In this document: one piece after another, positions 22,705 to 31,508 of the stretch | How positions within the stretch are numbered: position 1 is the stretch's first letter | Layout: each line of letters opens with the position of its first letter | Program-made: the position numbers and the translations under genes | The notes under the pieces: model-generated | Told to the model about the DNA's origin: nothing | The model's database searches: none | The model's input: only the letters and a program-made list of their open reading frames with translations | Source: Candidatus Electrothrix sp. GW3-4 | Lineage (GTDB): Bacteria > Desulfobacterota > Desulfobulbia > Desulfobulbales > Desulfobulbaceae | Direction: 5' to 3' | Length of the DNA: 32,000 nt | NCBI RefSeq assembly: GCF_037902255.1 | Contig: NZ_CP147990.1 | Location: forward strand, 2,550,001 to 2,582,000

Positions 22705-25371
22705 ATGAAACAGCATACCACAAAACACCTGAAAGATTACCGCCCCTACCCATTCACGCTCTCCACGATTGATCTTCGTTTTGAGCTGCATCCAGAGCAG
22801 ACACGGGTGACTGCCCGTACCACCATAAAGCGCAATGCACTCAACGAGCTGAACAGGGACAGCAGGTCTGCTCTTGAACTCAACGGCGAATATCTCACAT
22901 TAGTTTCTGTCAAAATTAACGATCGCTTCCTGACAGAGACGGAATACACATACGATGGTCACCTTCTCCAGATTCGCGAAGTACCAGATCAGTTCACCCT
23001 GGAAATCGAAACCCTTATCAATCCCAGGGACAACACCGCCCTGGAAGGGCTCTATCTTTCTTCAGGGAACTACTGCACCCAATGCGAGGCAGAAGGCTTC
23101 CGCCGTATCACCTGTTATCCGGACCGGCCCGATGTCCTGGCTGTCTTCACTACCACCGTAATCGGCCCCAAAGACAGCTGCCCGGTCCTGCTGGCCAATG
23201 GCAATCTCACCGACCAAGGAGAACTTGCTGACGGGCGTCATTTTGCCACCTGGCATGACCCCTTTCCCAAACCCAGCTATCTCTTTGCCCTGGTTGCTGG
23301 CGATCTGACCTGTATCGAGGATCACTTCACCACCATATCCGGTCGCCAGGTTACCCTGCATATCTATGTGGAACACCGCAACAAGGAAAAATGCCAGCAC
23401 GCGATGGAATCCCTCAAGAACTCCATGCGCTGGGATGAGCAGACCTTTGGCCGGGAATACGATCTCGACACTTACATGATCGTTGCTGTTGATGATTTTA
23501 ACATGGGGGCCATGGAAAATAAGGGCTTAAATATCTTTAACTCCAAATATGTCCTCGCCCGCCCAGAGACCGCAACAGATACTGACTATGCAAATATTGA
23601 AGGGGTTATCGGCCACGAGTATTTCCATAATTGGTCAGGCAATAGAGTGACCTGCCGGGACTGGTTCCAACTCAGCCTGAAAGAGGGTCTGACCGTCTTT
23701 CGCGATCAGGAATTTTCTGCGGATATGGGCTCCAGGGCTGTAAAACGGATTCACGAGGCCGATATCATGCGCTCCTTTCAGTTTCGGGAAGACAGCGGCC
23801 CTATGGCCCATCCCGTGCGCCCTGCCTCCTATGTGGAGATCAATAACTTCTACACCCTGACCGTCTATAATAAGGGGGCCGAGGTGATCAGGATGCTCCA
23901 TACCCTGCTGGGGCCGAAAGATTTTCGCAAAGGCATGGATCTCTATTTTGAGCGCCATGACGGTCAGGCCGTGACCTGCGATGATTTTATCCAGGCCATG
24001 CAGGACGCCCAAGCCGGAGAGACCACCCTGGATTTTGAGCACTTTAAACGCTGGTACAGTCAGGCGGGAACACCCACCATCACTGTCGCACAGAACTATG
24101 ACCCTGCAAGCCAGGAATACATCCTGAGCGTACAGCAGACTTGCCCGGCCACCCCGAATCAGGAGAGTGAAGAGAAAGAGCCCTTTCTCCTGCCCCTGCG
24201 CATCGGCCTCCTGGACAGCAAGGGCCAGGACATGGGACTCCATCTGCGTGATGAGGGGAGGAGCAACGGCACCTTGGTTTTACACCAGGAAAAGCAACAA
24301 TTCCATTTCACCGGGATTGAAGAAAAACCCGTACTTTCTCTCAACCGAAACTTTGCCGCCCCGATCAACATCGTTTCTGATCTCGGTGAAGAAGAACTGG
24401 CCTTTCTCATGGCCCATGATAACGATCCCTTTACCCGCTGGGATGCTGGCCAACAACTCGGGTTGCGCTATCTGCTGGCCGGGATTGATGCCTGGCAGCA
24501 GGGAAAGAAACTCACCGTCCCTGCCCTGTTTCATCAGGCCTTTGATCGCCTGTTATGCGATGAGAAGACGGACCCGGCCTTCCTTGCCTCGGCCCTGACC
24601 TTGCCCTCGGAGACCTGGATCAGCCAGCAACTGAAGATCATTGAACCCGAGGCCGTGCATGTCAGCCGCCAATCCTTCCGCTATCAGTTGAGTTGGCAGC
24701 ATCGGGATACCCTCTATGAGAATTATTACACCCTGGGAACAGAGGAGCCCTACCAATACTCAGCAGAAGAGGCAGCCCGCCGGGCCCTGCGCAACTGTTG
24801 TCTCGGCTATCTGCTCATCCCGGAGCCTGATGAACCAATGCCTGAGGAGATTCTCAAGGTCGGGGTGGAGCAGTACCACCAGGCCGACAATATGACCGAT
24901 GCCCTGGCTGCACTGAGGACGGTGGTCAATGCGGATCGGGCAGCAGGGGACGAGCTGCTTGCTGACTTTTACAGCCACTGGCAGACTGATCCCCTGGTGA
25001 TGGATAAATGGCTCACCCTGCAGGCCACCTGTCCCTTGCCTGACACTCTGCAACGGGTCCAGGAGCTGATGCAGCACCCGGCCTTCAGTATGAAAAATCC
25101 CAACAAGGTGCGCGCACTTGTCGGGGCCTTTTGTGGCAATCAGCACCAATTCCATGCCAAGGACGGCAAGGGCTATACATTCCTCGTCGACTGCATTACA
25201 GAACTTGATCCCATGAACCCTCAGGTGGCAGCACGAATGGTGTCTCCGCTCACCAGGTGGAAGCAGTATGACCAACATCGCCAGCAGTTGATGAAGGCAG
25301 CCCTGGAGCGAATAGCCGATTTACCAGGCCTGTCCCGTGATACAGGGGAGATTGTGGAGAAGAGTTTGTAA
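22705..25371 (+). CDS. pepN: Aminopeptidase N (M1 family)
   Basis: GAMENKG exopeptidase motif. Zinc site HEYFHNWSGNRVT..WFQLSLKEGLT (HExxH-x18-E). 888 aa, with the C-terminal ERAP1-like/DUF3458 region typical of PepN. Confidence 0.95.
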   Translation: MKQHTTKHLKDYRPYPFTLSTIDLRFELHPEQTRVTARTTIKRNALNELNRDSRSALELNGEYLTLVSVKINDRFLTETEYTYDGHLLQIREVPDQFTLEIETLINPRDNTALEGLYLSSGNYCTQCEAEGFRRITCYPDRPDVLAVFTTTVIGPKDSCPVLLANGNLTDQGELADGRHFATWHDPFPKPSYLFALVAGDLTCIEDHFTTISGRQVTLHIYVEHRNKEKCQHAMESLKNSMRWDEQTFGREYDLDTYMIVAVDDFNMGAMENKGLNIFNSKYVLARPETATDTDYANIEGVIGHEYFHNWSGNRVTCRDWFQLSLKEGLTVFRDQEFSADMGSRAVKRIHEADIMRSFQFREDSGPMAHPVRPASYVEINNFYTLTVYNKGAEVIRMLHTLLGPKDFRKGMDLYFERHDGQAVTCDDFIQAMQDAQAGETTLDFEHFKRWYSQAGTPTITVAQNYDPASQEYILSVQQTCPATPNQESEEKEPFLLPLRIGLLDSKGQDMGLHLRDEGRSNGTLVLHQEKQQFHFTGIEEKPVLSLNRNFAAPINIVSDLGEEELAFLMAHDNDPFTRWDAGQQLGLRYLLAGIDAWQQGKKLTVPALFHQAFDRLLCDEKTDPAFLASALTLPSETWISQQLKIIEPEAVHVSRQSFRYQLSWQHRDTLYENYYTLGTEEPYQYSAEEAARRALRNCCLGYLLIPEPDEPMPEEILKVGVEQYHQADNMTDALAALRTVVNADRAAGDELLADFYSHWQTDPLVMDKWLTLQATCPLPDTLQRVQELMQHPAFSMKNPNKVRALVGAFCGNQHQFHAKDGKGYTFLVDCITELDPMNPQVAARMVSPLTRWKQYDQHRQQLMKAALERIADLPGLSRDTGEIVEKSL

Positions 25372-25715
25372 AAAAAGGGAGGGAAGAAGCCGTGAAGATA
25401 TGGAGGGCATAAAAGAGAGCGGTTCCTTCCCGCCCCAATTGCCAAGAAGGTATGATGCAGTACGCTCCATCTCTTTGCCGAGGCCGTCTGCGCGCTCAGC
25501 CCACTTTACTCCAACACCGCCGTCACTGTAGCCTGGAGTTAATCTTCTGTACCAGGGCTATGATTCCTGCTTCGGTGTTCGGAAAACGCAGCAGGTTCAA
25601 CCCTCCTTGCTCTGATGTTTGTTTTTATGCCTGAGCTGCGGCCTATAGATGTTTCAACACAAGCATATGTTCAATATTCTTAAACTTTTACCCAATAAAT
25701 GTATATTCAAATAAT

Positions 25716-25770
25716 AAAAAAGGGGACAGATTTATTTTTCAATTAAAGAAAATAAATCTGTCCCTTTTTT
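25716..25770. terminator. Strong bidirectional-type intrinsic terminator / orphan hairpin
   Basis: Perfect 16-bp stem GGGACAGATTTATTTT (25723-25738) / AAAATAAATCTGTCCC (25749-25764) with a 10-nt loop. T6 follows (25765-25770) and an A-run precedes (25716-25721). It lies about 350 nt downstream of the pepN stop. Confidence 0.7.
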
Positions 25771-25943
25771 AGCTAGCTGCCGAACTGATTTATCGGCATA
25801 TTGGAGTGTCGATTATTCAAGGTGACCTACTTAACAGGGCATGCATTTTATTGGCACGCCCTGGATTTTCCATTGCATGGCCCTGACGAATATTTTCAAG
25901 TAACTAATGAATTTTTTGTTTACTTTTTAGATTCAATATGTTT

Positions 25944-25957
25944 CCTCTTGCAAGAGG
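25944..25957. promoter_or_regulatory. Perfect 14-bp palindrome upstream of the duplicated-domain gene (candidate operator)
   Basis: CCTCTTGCAAGAGG, 92 nt upstream of the ATG at 26049. It contains a TTGCAA -35-like hexamer, but no convincing -10 follows at 17 nt. Confidence 0.3.
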
Positions 25958-26048
25958 ATTACACCTGTAGCTTATAGGTACGATCAGCAATAATAAACAG
26001 GCCTTCTTTTGGGTTGTTTAACGTTTTAAAAAAACAAGGGGGAATACA

Positions 26049-26909
26049 ATGAAATTTTGTACGTCAACATTAGTACTGATGTTTCTTCTCGCTGGCGGAA
26101 CGGATATTGCCGCTCAGGATGTCAATCAGCCTCCATCATCTCTTCCCCTTTTTAAATGCGGCCCTGGATTTACCACGTATTCTGTCAAATCTTTAGATGG
26201 CGTTAAAGGAGAAGGCGTACGTTGTGTAATAATTGATAATCTTAAAACTGTTGAAGGAAAATATCTTTCAGGTGTCTATTGGTATGGAGAGGGAATTTGG
26301 AGCGACAAGAAGTACCGCCACATCGGCTGTACCTCCAGTGATCAGGGGTTCCAATCTTTCGTGACCGACATTTCTGGAAACGGTGAAAGCTATAACAATG
26401 AAGTGAGCAGTTTATTATTAACTTCCAACGACAATCTGAAGCATATTCGTGTAACTGGCGGCGGATGGAATGAAGAATGGGTTCGCGAACCCGATGGAGA
26501 AGCAAAGAGTTACCGGAGCACCTTAAAAAAGGTAACGAATTGTGGCGATCATCTCGAAAAAGCTTCAGTGACGCAACTCGACGGCTCAAGTTCAGAAGAC
26601 GATGGAATTCGCTGTATAAAACGCGATCTCTCCTCTTCTACACCAGACATTTGGTATGGCGAAGGAGAACGGAATGGTAAACCATACCGCCATTTCGGAT
26701 TTATCAGTAAAGACACTGATAAGGCATTAGGAACGGCTACTGATATCTGTAATGATCCTCAATACTCCTGCGGTCAAACTGCAAAAAACGGGCTTACCAT
26801 CACAGCTGAAATGGACTGCTGGCAAAAGAGTCAATATCGCGTTACAGGAGACTGGAATGAACGTTGGAATGGCAGTAAAGATTATGACTGTGAGATACTT
26901 TTGCAGTAG
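26049..26909 (+). CDS. Secreted Cys-rich protein composed of two tandem copies of an unrecognised ~125-aa domain
   Basis: AAGGGGG lies 7 nt upstream of the ATG. Signal peptide MKFCTSTLVLMFLLAGGTDIAAQ. Internal duplication: CGPGF..SLDG..GEGVRCVIID..VYWYGEGIWSDKKYRHIG..IRVTGGGWNEEW versus CGDHL..QLDG..DDGIRCIKRD..DIWYGEGERNGKPYRHFG..YRVTGDWNERW. The gene is AT-rich. Confidence 0.75.
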   Translation: MKFCTSTLVLMFLLAGGTDIAAQDVNQPPSSLPLFKCGPGFTTYSVKSLDGVKGEGVRCVIIDNLKTVEGKYLSGVYWYGEGIWSDKKYRHIGCTSSDQGFQSFVTDISGNGESYNNEVSSLLLTSNDNLKHIRVTGGGWNEEWVREPDGEAKSYRSTLKKVTNCGDHLEKASVTQLDGSSSEDDGIRCIKRDLSSSTPDIWYGEGERNGKPYRHFGFISKDTDKALGTATDICNDPQYSCGQTAKNGLTITAEMDCWQKSQYRVTGDWNERWNGSKDYDCEILLQ

Positions 26910-26932
26910 TCGTGACATGACCTGACAGTTTG

Positions 26933-26975
26933 ACCGGGTCCGTGCTTTTAGGCATGTGACCCGGTTTTTTATTTT
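26933..26975 (+). terminator. Rho-independent terminator of the 26049-26909 gene
   Basis: Stem ACCGGGTC (26933-26940) / GACCCGGT (26958-26965), followed by TTTTTTATTTT. It begins 24 nt after the stop. Confidence 0.7.
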
Positions 26976-27080
26976 CCCGCCATGCCAGGCAAACGAACAA
27001 AAGTCCACAGCCCCATACTGGCGGACGTTTTCTTTTCTCGGGCTCAAAACATTAGTTACTCCTCAGAACAACGCGCTCAT

Positions 27081-27830
27081 CTACCACGCCCGCTCATCAA
27101 GGAGCACACCCTGCGTGGACACAACAACCTGACGCACGGGCATCTCAGCCCCGGCATCCTTATAGGCCTTTTTGACGATCTGAAGCATGGCAGAGCAACA
27201 CGGCACCTCCATGATCAGGAGAGTCACCGAGTTCAGCTTGCGCGTTTTGAACAGCTCCGTAAAGCGTTCCACATACAGCTGCTGATCATCAAACTTGGGA
27301 CAACCCATCATCACAACCCTGCCCTGCAAAAAGTCCTGTTGCAGGCCAGCATAGGCAACAGCGGTACAGTCGGCAGCTATCAACAAATCGCAATTCTCCA
27401 GGAACGGGGCTGTCGGCGGGATCAGGCGAATCTGGACCGGCCAGTGGGAGAGTTGAGACAAGGCCGCCCCCCTCTGTGCATTGGGTTCATTGGCTGCCTG
27501 ACAGGACATGCTCGACTGAAAGGTCTTGAGTTGGGCAGAAGGGCATCCTCCCCCAGTCGGTGCAGCTGTCTCCTGCTTCTTTTTCTGCTCAGCAAGAAAC
27601 TCTTCCACTGCTTCCTCGTCAAACTCATCAGCCTCCCGCTCTATAATGCGCAAGGCCCCGGTGGGACAGGACCCAAGGCAGGCCCCAAGACCATCACAGA
27701 GTTTATCTGCCACCAAACGAGCCTTGCCGTCAATGATCTGCAAAGAACCTTCTGCACAATCAGGTACACATTCTCCACAACCTGTACAGAGTTCATCGTC
27801 AATTTCTATAATTTTTCGTGTTTTTTTCAT
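27081..27830 (-). CDS. Ferredoxin-like 2x[4Fe-4S] protein with Cys-rich C-terminal domain (FrdX-like, hcp-associated)
   Basis: N-terminal CTGCGECVPDC plus CDGLGACLGSCP cluster motifs. C-terminal domain with GCPKFDD and MEVPCC motifs. As I recall, ferredoxin-like frdX genes accompany hcp in sulfate reducers. Confidence 0.8.
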   Translation of the reverse strand: MKKTRKIIEIDDELCTGCGECVPDCAEGSLQIIDGKARLVADKLCDGLGACLGSCPTGALRIIEREADEFDEEAVEEFLAEQKKKQETAAPTGGGCPSAQLKTFQSSMSCQAANEPNAQRGAALSQLSHWPVQIRLIPPTAPFLENCDLLIAADCTAVAYAGLQQDFLQGRVVMMGCPKFDDQQLYVERFTELFKTRKLNSVTLLIMEVPCCSAMLQIVKKAYKDAGAEMPVRQVVVSTQGVLLDERAW

Positions 27831-27927
27831 GGCACTGCCTCGTCCTCGTATCGTTGTGTATTCGTTTTTCTTCGTAATAAACTTTCATCTCAGGGGCAAG
27901 ATAACGAAGCATGAACGTCTTCTCAGG

Positions 27928-28668
27928 CTAGGACATGACGTATTTCCCCAGTACCTTTTTCCCCTGTTCAGCCCCGGCCTTGGTCAAAAATATTGCCAGG
28001 ACGCGATCAAACGGTTCCTGCGTGGGCGGGTTTTCCTGATACTGCTCAAGCTTATTCACGATCAGGTCAGCATCGTACAGCACCTTAAAATTAGTGGTCT
28101 CCTCATCGCGTGGAGCATGATGATGGCCGATGATATCACAAACTTCGTCCACCAGCTCAGGTTTTGCCTTGAGTTGGGTCAGGATCTCCCGAGCCACCGG
28201 TGGCCCCTCGCTATGCTGGTACCGTGCTGCTGAAGAGGCAAATTTTCGTTCTGCCTCCCGGATCCCGATATCGTGGAGATAGGCAACAGCCATGATGACC
28301 ATCATATCCTCGCCCTCCTCTGCCTTGGCAATAATTTCAGCCTGCTCTGCAACGGCCTCAGCATGGCGGATACGTCGGGTATCCTCACCAAAATAACTGC
28401 GCATGGCCCGGGCAATGCGATCTTTGAACAAATCCCCCTGGGCTTCAACCAGCTCCGGCGGCAGAGCGCCGAGGCATTGTTCAGCATGAGGACAATAGGA
28501 GGCACAACCGAAATCGATTTTGGGATTCAACATCCTATACCCGCAATTGCGGCAGGTCCGCTGACTGTCATCCTTAAAGAACTCCACCCCATGACCGCAT
28601 TTGGGGCAGTTACTCTCAAACACATCCTCACCACTCCAATAGCGGCTATCTTGCCCTGGACATTGCAT
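27928..28668 (-). CDS. HD-domain phosphohydrolase with N-terminal zinc-ribbon / Cys-rich domain
   Basis: N-terminal CPKCG..CRNCG ribbon plus CASYCPHAEQC. HD superfamily residues H..(AYLHDIG)..(GHHH)..D. Confidence 0.8.
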   Translation of the reverse strand: MQCPGQDSRYWSGEDVFESNCPKCGHGVEFFKDDSQRTCRNCGYRMLNPKIDFGCASYCPHAEQCLGALPPELVEAQGDLFKDRIARAMRSYFGEDTRRIRHAEAVAEQAEIIAKAEEGEDMMVIMAVAYLHDIGIREAERKFASSAARYQHSEGPPVAREILTQLKAKPELVDEVCDIIGHHHAPRDEETTNFKVLYDADLIVNKLEQYQENPPTQEPFDRVLAIFLTKAGAEQGKKVLGKYVMS

Positions 28669-28683
28669 CTAGGCCTCCTCTGC

Positions 28684-29325
28684 TTATCCGTTAACTCCCC
28701 CCAACACGTTCTGTTTCAGCTCTTCAATACCAAAGCGTTCCACAAAACGAGCTGTTCTGGTCTTTGCCTTTGCCGTATTTCTATAATAATCTAAAATCTT
28801 CTCGACCAGCTCAAGGGCCTCATCATCGCTCAAACCTTCAGCAATCACATCACCTATCCGTGGTTTACCTGCGGCATTGCCGCCAAAGGTTAAGCGCCAG
28901 CCCTTTTTCTCCGCAGCCAGACCGATATCACGCATCCAGGACTCGCAACAGCAACGGACACAACCGGATATGCCGACCTTGACCTTGGCAGGCAGTGGAC
29001 CGTCCAGCTCCAAATCCATCAGAGCCTGAGTGAGATGCTCTGTCGCGCCAGTGCCGCAGTTGCACCAGGTCTTACCCGGACAGGCCTGAACATAGTTCAC
29101 CCGGTTCCTGGCATGAGGAGGTGTTGACGGAATATTGAGTTCCTGCTTCAGATCTGCCATTTTTTCCGGGGCAATTCCCTTGAAAAACAGGCGTTGTCCT
29201 CCGGTTACCTTTACCATCGGGACCTGGTATTTCTGAGCAAGCTCATTGACCTGTTCCAGCTTTTCCAGACTCAATACTCCAGCATTAACGCCCGGCATCG
29301 GACAAAAGGTTTTATGATTTTCCAT
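28684..29325 (-). CDS. Small nitrite/sulfite-reductase-like 4Fe-4S/sirohaem-domain protein (213 aa)
   Basis: Cluster/sirohaem Cys pattern C-x5-C (ACPGKTWC) ... C-x3-C (SGCVRCC), followed by DIG. The size resembles the low-molecular-weight assimilatory-type sulfite reductases of sulfate reducers (recalled). Confidence 0.7.
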   Translation of the reverse strand: MENHKTFCPMPGVNAGVLSLEKLEQVNELAQKYQVPMVKVTGGQRLFFKGIAPEKMADLKQELNIPSTPPHARNRVNYVQACPGKTWCNCGTGATEHLTQALMDLELDGPLPAKVKVGISGCVRCCCESWMRDIGLAAEKKGWRLTFGGNAAGKPRIGDVIAEGLSDDEALELVEKILDYYRNTAKAKTRTARFVERFGIEELKQNVLGGVNG

Positions 29326-29350
29326 ACGACAGACAATTCCCTATAATTCT

Positions 29351-29576
29351 TTATTCTTCAATTAAGCAAAAAACGTTTTCTCTTCTCTCCTTAACACGCC
29401 TTGATACCATCCGCTGTTGTTCAGCAATCAAGGGTGCTGTTATCCAAAGCTGGGACAGGAGCGTTGAGCCATTGAGCATAATTCTCTTCAAAATGAAAAG
29501 CAAGAGGCCTTGCAAGGACAAGATCATGCCCCACAAGTTCAAGGAGCTGCTCTTTTTCTACAAAGGTTTCCCAAAA
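29351..29576 (-). pseudogene. Possible remnant of an Xre/MbcA/ParS-type (DUF2384) antitoxin C-terminal domain, truncated by the MITE and frameshifted
   Basis: One frame reads FWETFVEKEQLLELVGHDLVLARPLAFHFEENYAQWLNAPVPALDNSTLDC*. The next frame continues ..TAPLIAEQQRMVSRRVKERRENVF... Together they resemble the DUF2384 pattern WL..P..ALGG..PL.LL.....V...L.RIE.GVF. The match is weak and from memory. Confidence 0.3.
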
Positions 29577-29679
29577 TTGATGGCCTGGTAAAAAGTCAGA
29601 AAACAGTAATTCGCTAACGGCAACTCAACGAGTTGCAATACGAATTTTCGCAAAATTGGACTTTTTACGAAACCATCAA
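29577..29679. mobile_element. MITE-like 103-bp interspersed repeat, copy 2 (inside the hcp cluster)
   Basis: 100/103 identical to 8354..8456, with the same TIRs. It lies between the hcp terminator hairpin and the sulfite-reductase-like gene. Confidence 0.7.
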
Positions 29680-29739
29680 AATTCAATAAAAGATCCTGAA
29701 TATTCCTGGAACTTCTGATCACCGGCATATTTTTATTTC

Positions 29740-29786
29740 CAAAAGAGTGAACAAACAGGGCCGAACCGACATTACGGGCTCGGCCC
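29740..29786 (-). terminator. Probable intrinsic terminator of hcp
   Basis: GC-rich hairpin GGGCCGA (29758-29764) / TCGGCCC (29780-29786) with an inner CCG/CGG extension. It starts 32 nt after the hcp stop and is followed on the minus strand by the U-rich stretch UGUUUGUUCACUCUUUU. Confidence 0.5.
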
Positions 29787-29817
29787 TAATCAAGTTCCTT
29801 GTAAATATACCTTACAA

Positions 29818-31449
29818 CTATCCCAAGATAGTTTTCAGATCTTCCTCAGGTGTCCCTGCAATCGGTTTAATATCAAAGGTCGCAACCAGGAAATCCAGAA
29901 CTGCCGGGCTGATAAAGGCGGGCAGGGAGGGTCCGAGACGGATATCCTTGATGCCAAGATAGAGCAGGGTCAGCAGGATAGCAGCGGCCTTCTGCTCGTA
30001 CCAGGAGATAATCATGGATAAGGGCAGCTCATTGACCTCGCACTCAAAGGCTCCAGCCAAGGCCACAGCGATCTGGATCGCCGAATAGGCATCATTACAC
30101 TGACCAATATCCAGCAGCCGCGGGATACCGCCAATATCGCCCAGGTCCTTATCAAAGAAACGGAACTTACCACAGGCCAGGGTCAGGACCATGCAGTCAT
30201 CCGGCACCTGCTCAACAAACTTGGTGAAGTAATCACGTCCCGGTTTGGCGCCGTCACAGCCGCCCACCAGAAAGAAATGGCGGATGTCTTTATTTTTCAC
30301 CGCCTCAATCACTTTATCGGCAACACCAAGGACTGCATTGCGGGCAAAGCCGACCATCACAGACCCATTATCCACATCGTCCTGCCAGCCATCCATAGCC
30401 AAGGCCTTGTCAATCACCGGCGTAAAATCCTTCCCGGCAATATGGCTCACGCCAGGCCAGCCCACCAGACCGGTTGTGAAAATGCGCTCCTGATACTCTT
30501 CCTTGGGCTTTTGGATACAATTGGTGGTAAAGAGGACCGGTCCAGGGAAATTTGGAAACTCCTTATGCTGATTCTGCCAGGCTGTACCAAAATGCCCGTA
30601 AAAATGCTTGTATTTTTTCAGCTCAGGATATCCGTGGCAGGGCAGCATCTCACCGTGGGTATAGACATCAATACCTTTTCCCTCGCTTTGCTTGAGGAGC
30701 AGTTCAAGATCCCGCAGATCATGACCGGTGATCAGGATGCATTTGTTTTTGCGATGCCCCAGGGGAACCGAAGTGGGCACCGGATGACCGTAGGCACCGG
30801 TATTGCCCGCATCAAGCAGCTCCATGGCCCGCAGATTGATCTCCCCGGCCTTCATGGCCATGGGCACGCAGGCCTCAATGGTCAGGCCCTCGGCCAGCAG
30901 GGCAGACAGGGCCTCATACATAAACCCAGCAATGGCCGGATCGTTCTGACCCAGAATAGAGGCATGATCGGTGTAAGCAGCAATCCCTTTGAGGCCGTAG
31001 AGCAGGGTCTGTTTAAGAGAACGAATATTCTCATCGCTATCCAGGTTCGGGATGAATTGCAGCTCAGCCCCCTGCTCAACCAGACCAGCCACGGAGTCCG
31101 CAGGAGTAAAAGCGGCTGCAGGATGCTCGAAATCAACCTTCCCGCCTGCCTCGGTAATTCGTGTCTTCAGAGATTCACGGAGTTCCACCACCTTATTAAT
31201 CAGGACCACAAAACGTTCAGAATCAAAATTCACATTGGTCAGCGTGGAGAAAATCGCCTCCATAGTAAAACGGTCAACATCCTCATCAACAATCCCCTTC
31301 TGCCGCGCTTCATGGGCAAAGAGGGACATACCGCACAGGGCGTAGATCAAGACATCTTCGATGTCTGCGATCTCTTCGTTTTTACCGCATACGCCGACAG
31401 TGGTACAGGCGATGCCCTTGGCTGTTTGTTCACATTGATTGCAATACAT
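29818..31449 (-). CDS. hcp: Hybrid-cluster protein / hydroxylamine reductase
   Basis: Diagnostic N-terminus MYCNQCEQTAKGIACTTVGVCGK. 543 aa. Conserved hybrid-cluster ligand regions (..HGEMLPCHGYP.., ..LACGKFRF.., ..GQCNDAYS..). GGGAGAG SD lies 5 nt upstream of the ATG. Confidence 0.95.
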   Translation of the reverse strand: MYCNQCEQTAKGIACTTVGVCGKNEEIADIEDVLIYALCGMSLFAHEARQKGIVDEDVDRFTMEAIFSTLTNVNFDSERFVVLINKVVELRESLKTRITEAGGKVDFEHPAAAFTPADSVAGLVEQGAELQFIPNLDSDENIRSLKQTLLYGLKGIAAYTDHASILGQNDPAIAGFMYEALSALLAEGLTIEACVPMAMKAGEINLRAMELLDAGNTGAYGHPVPTSVPLGHRKNKCILITGHDLRDLELLLKQSEGKGIDVYTHGEMLPCHGYPELKKYKHFYGHFGTAWQNQHKEFPNFPGPVLFTTNCIQKPKEEYQERIFTTGLVGWPGVSHIAGKDFTPVIDKALAMDGWQDDVDNGSVMVGFARNAVLGVADKVIEAVKNKDIRHFFLVGGCDGAKPGRDYFTKFVEQVPDDCMVLTLACGKFRFFDKDLGDIGGIPRLLDIGQCNDAYSAIQIAVALAGAFECEVNELPLSMIISWYEQKAAAILLTLLYLGIKDIRLGPSLPAFISPAVLDFLVATFDIKPIAGTPEEDLKTILG

Positions 31450-31508
31450 AGTTACTCTCCCTGATGAATGTTATGCAGCGTTTATCCGTTTATTAGTTAT
31501 CTATAGGT

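Noticed and set aside
23635-25278. Minus-strand ORFs of 202 aa and 172 aa inside pepN
   Set aside because: They are antisense to a full-length M1 aminopeptidase with intact GAMEN/HExxH motifs, so they are shadow ORFs.
25378-25437. Imperfect hairpin GGGAGGGAAG / CTTCCCGCCC just after the pepN stop, as the pepN terminator
   Set aside because: It has one mismatch, a ~38-nt loop and no following T-run, so it does not convince as an intrinsic terminator.
26982-28233. 310-aa and 235-aa plus-strand ORFs overlapping the ferredoxin and HD genes
   Set aside because: The minus-strand frames carry clear Fe-S and HD motifs. The plus-strand translations are Ser/Leu/Arg-rich nonsense.
30277-31464. 395-aa plus-strand ORF antisense to hcp
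   Set aside because: hcp on the minus strand is unambiguous. The antisense frame has no recognisable domain and is a typical shadow ORF.
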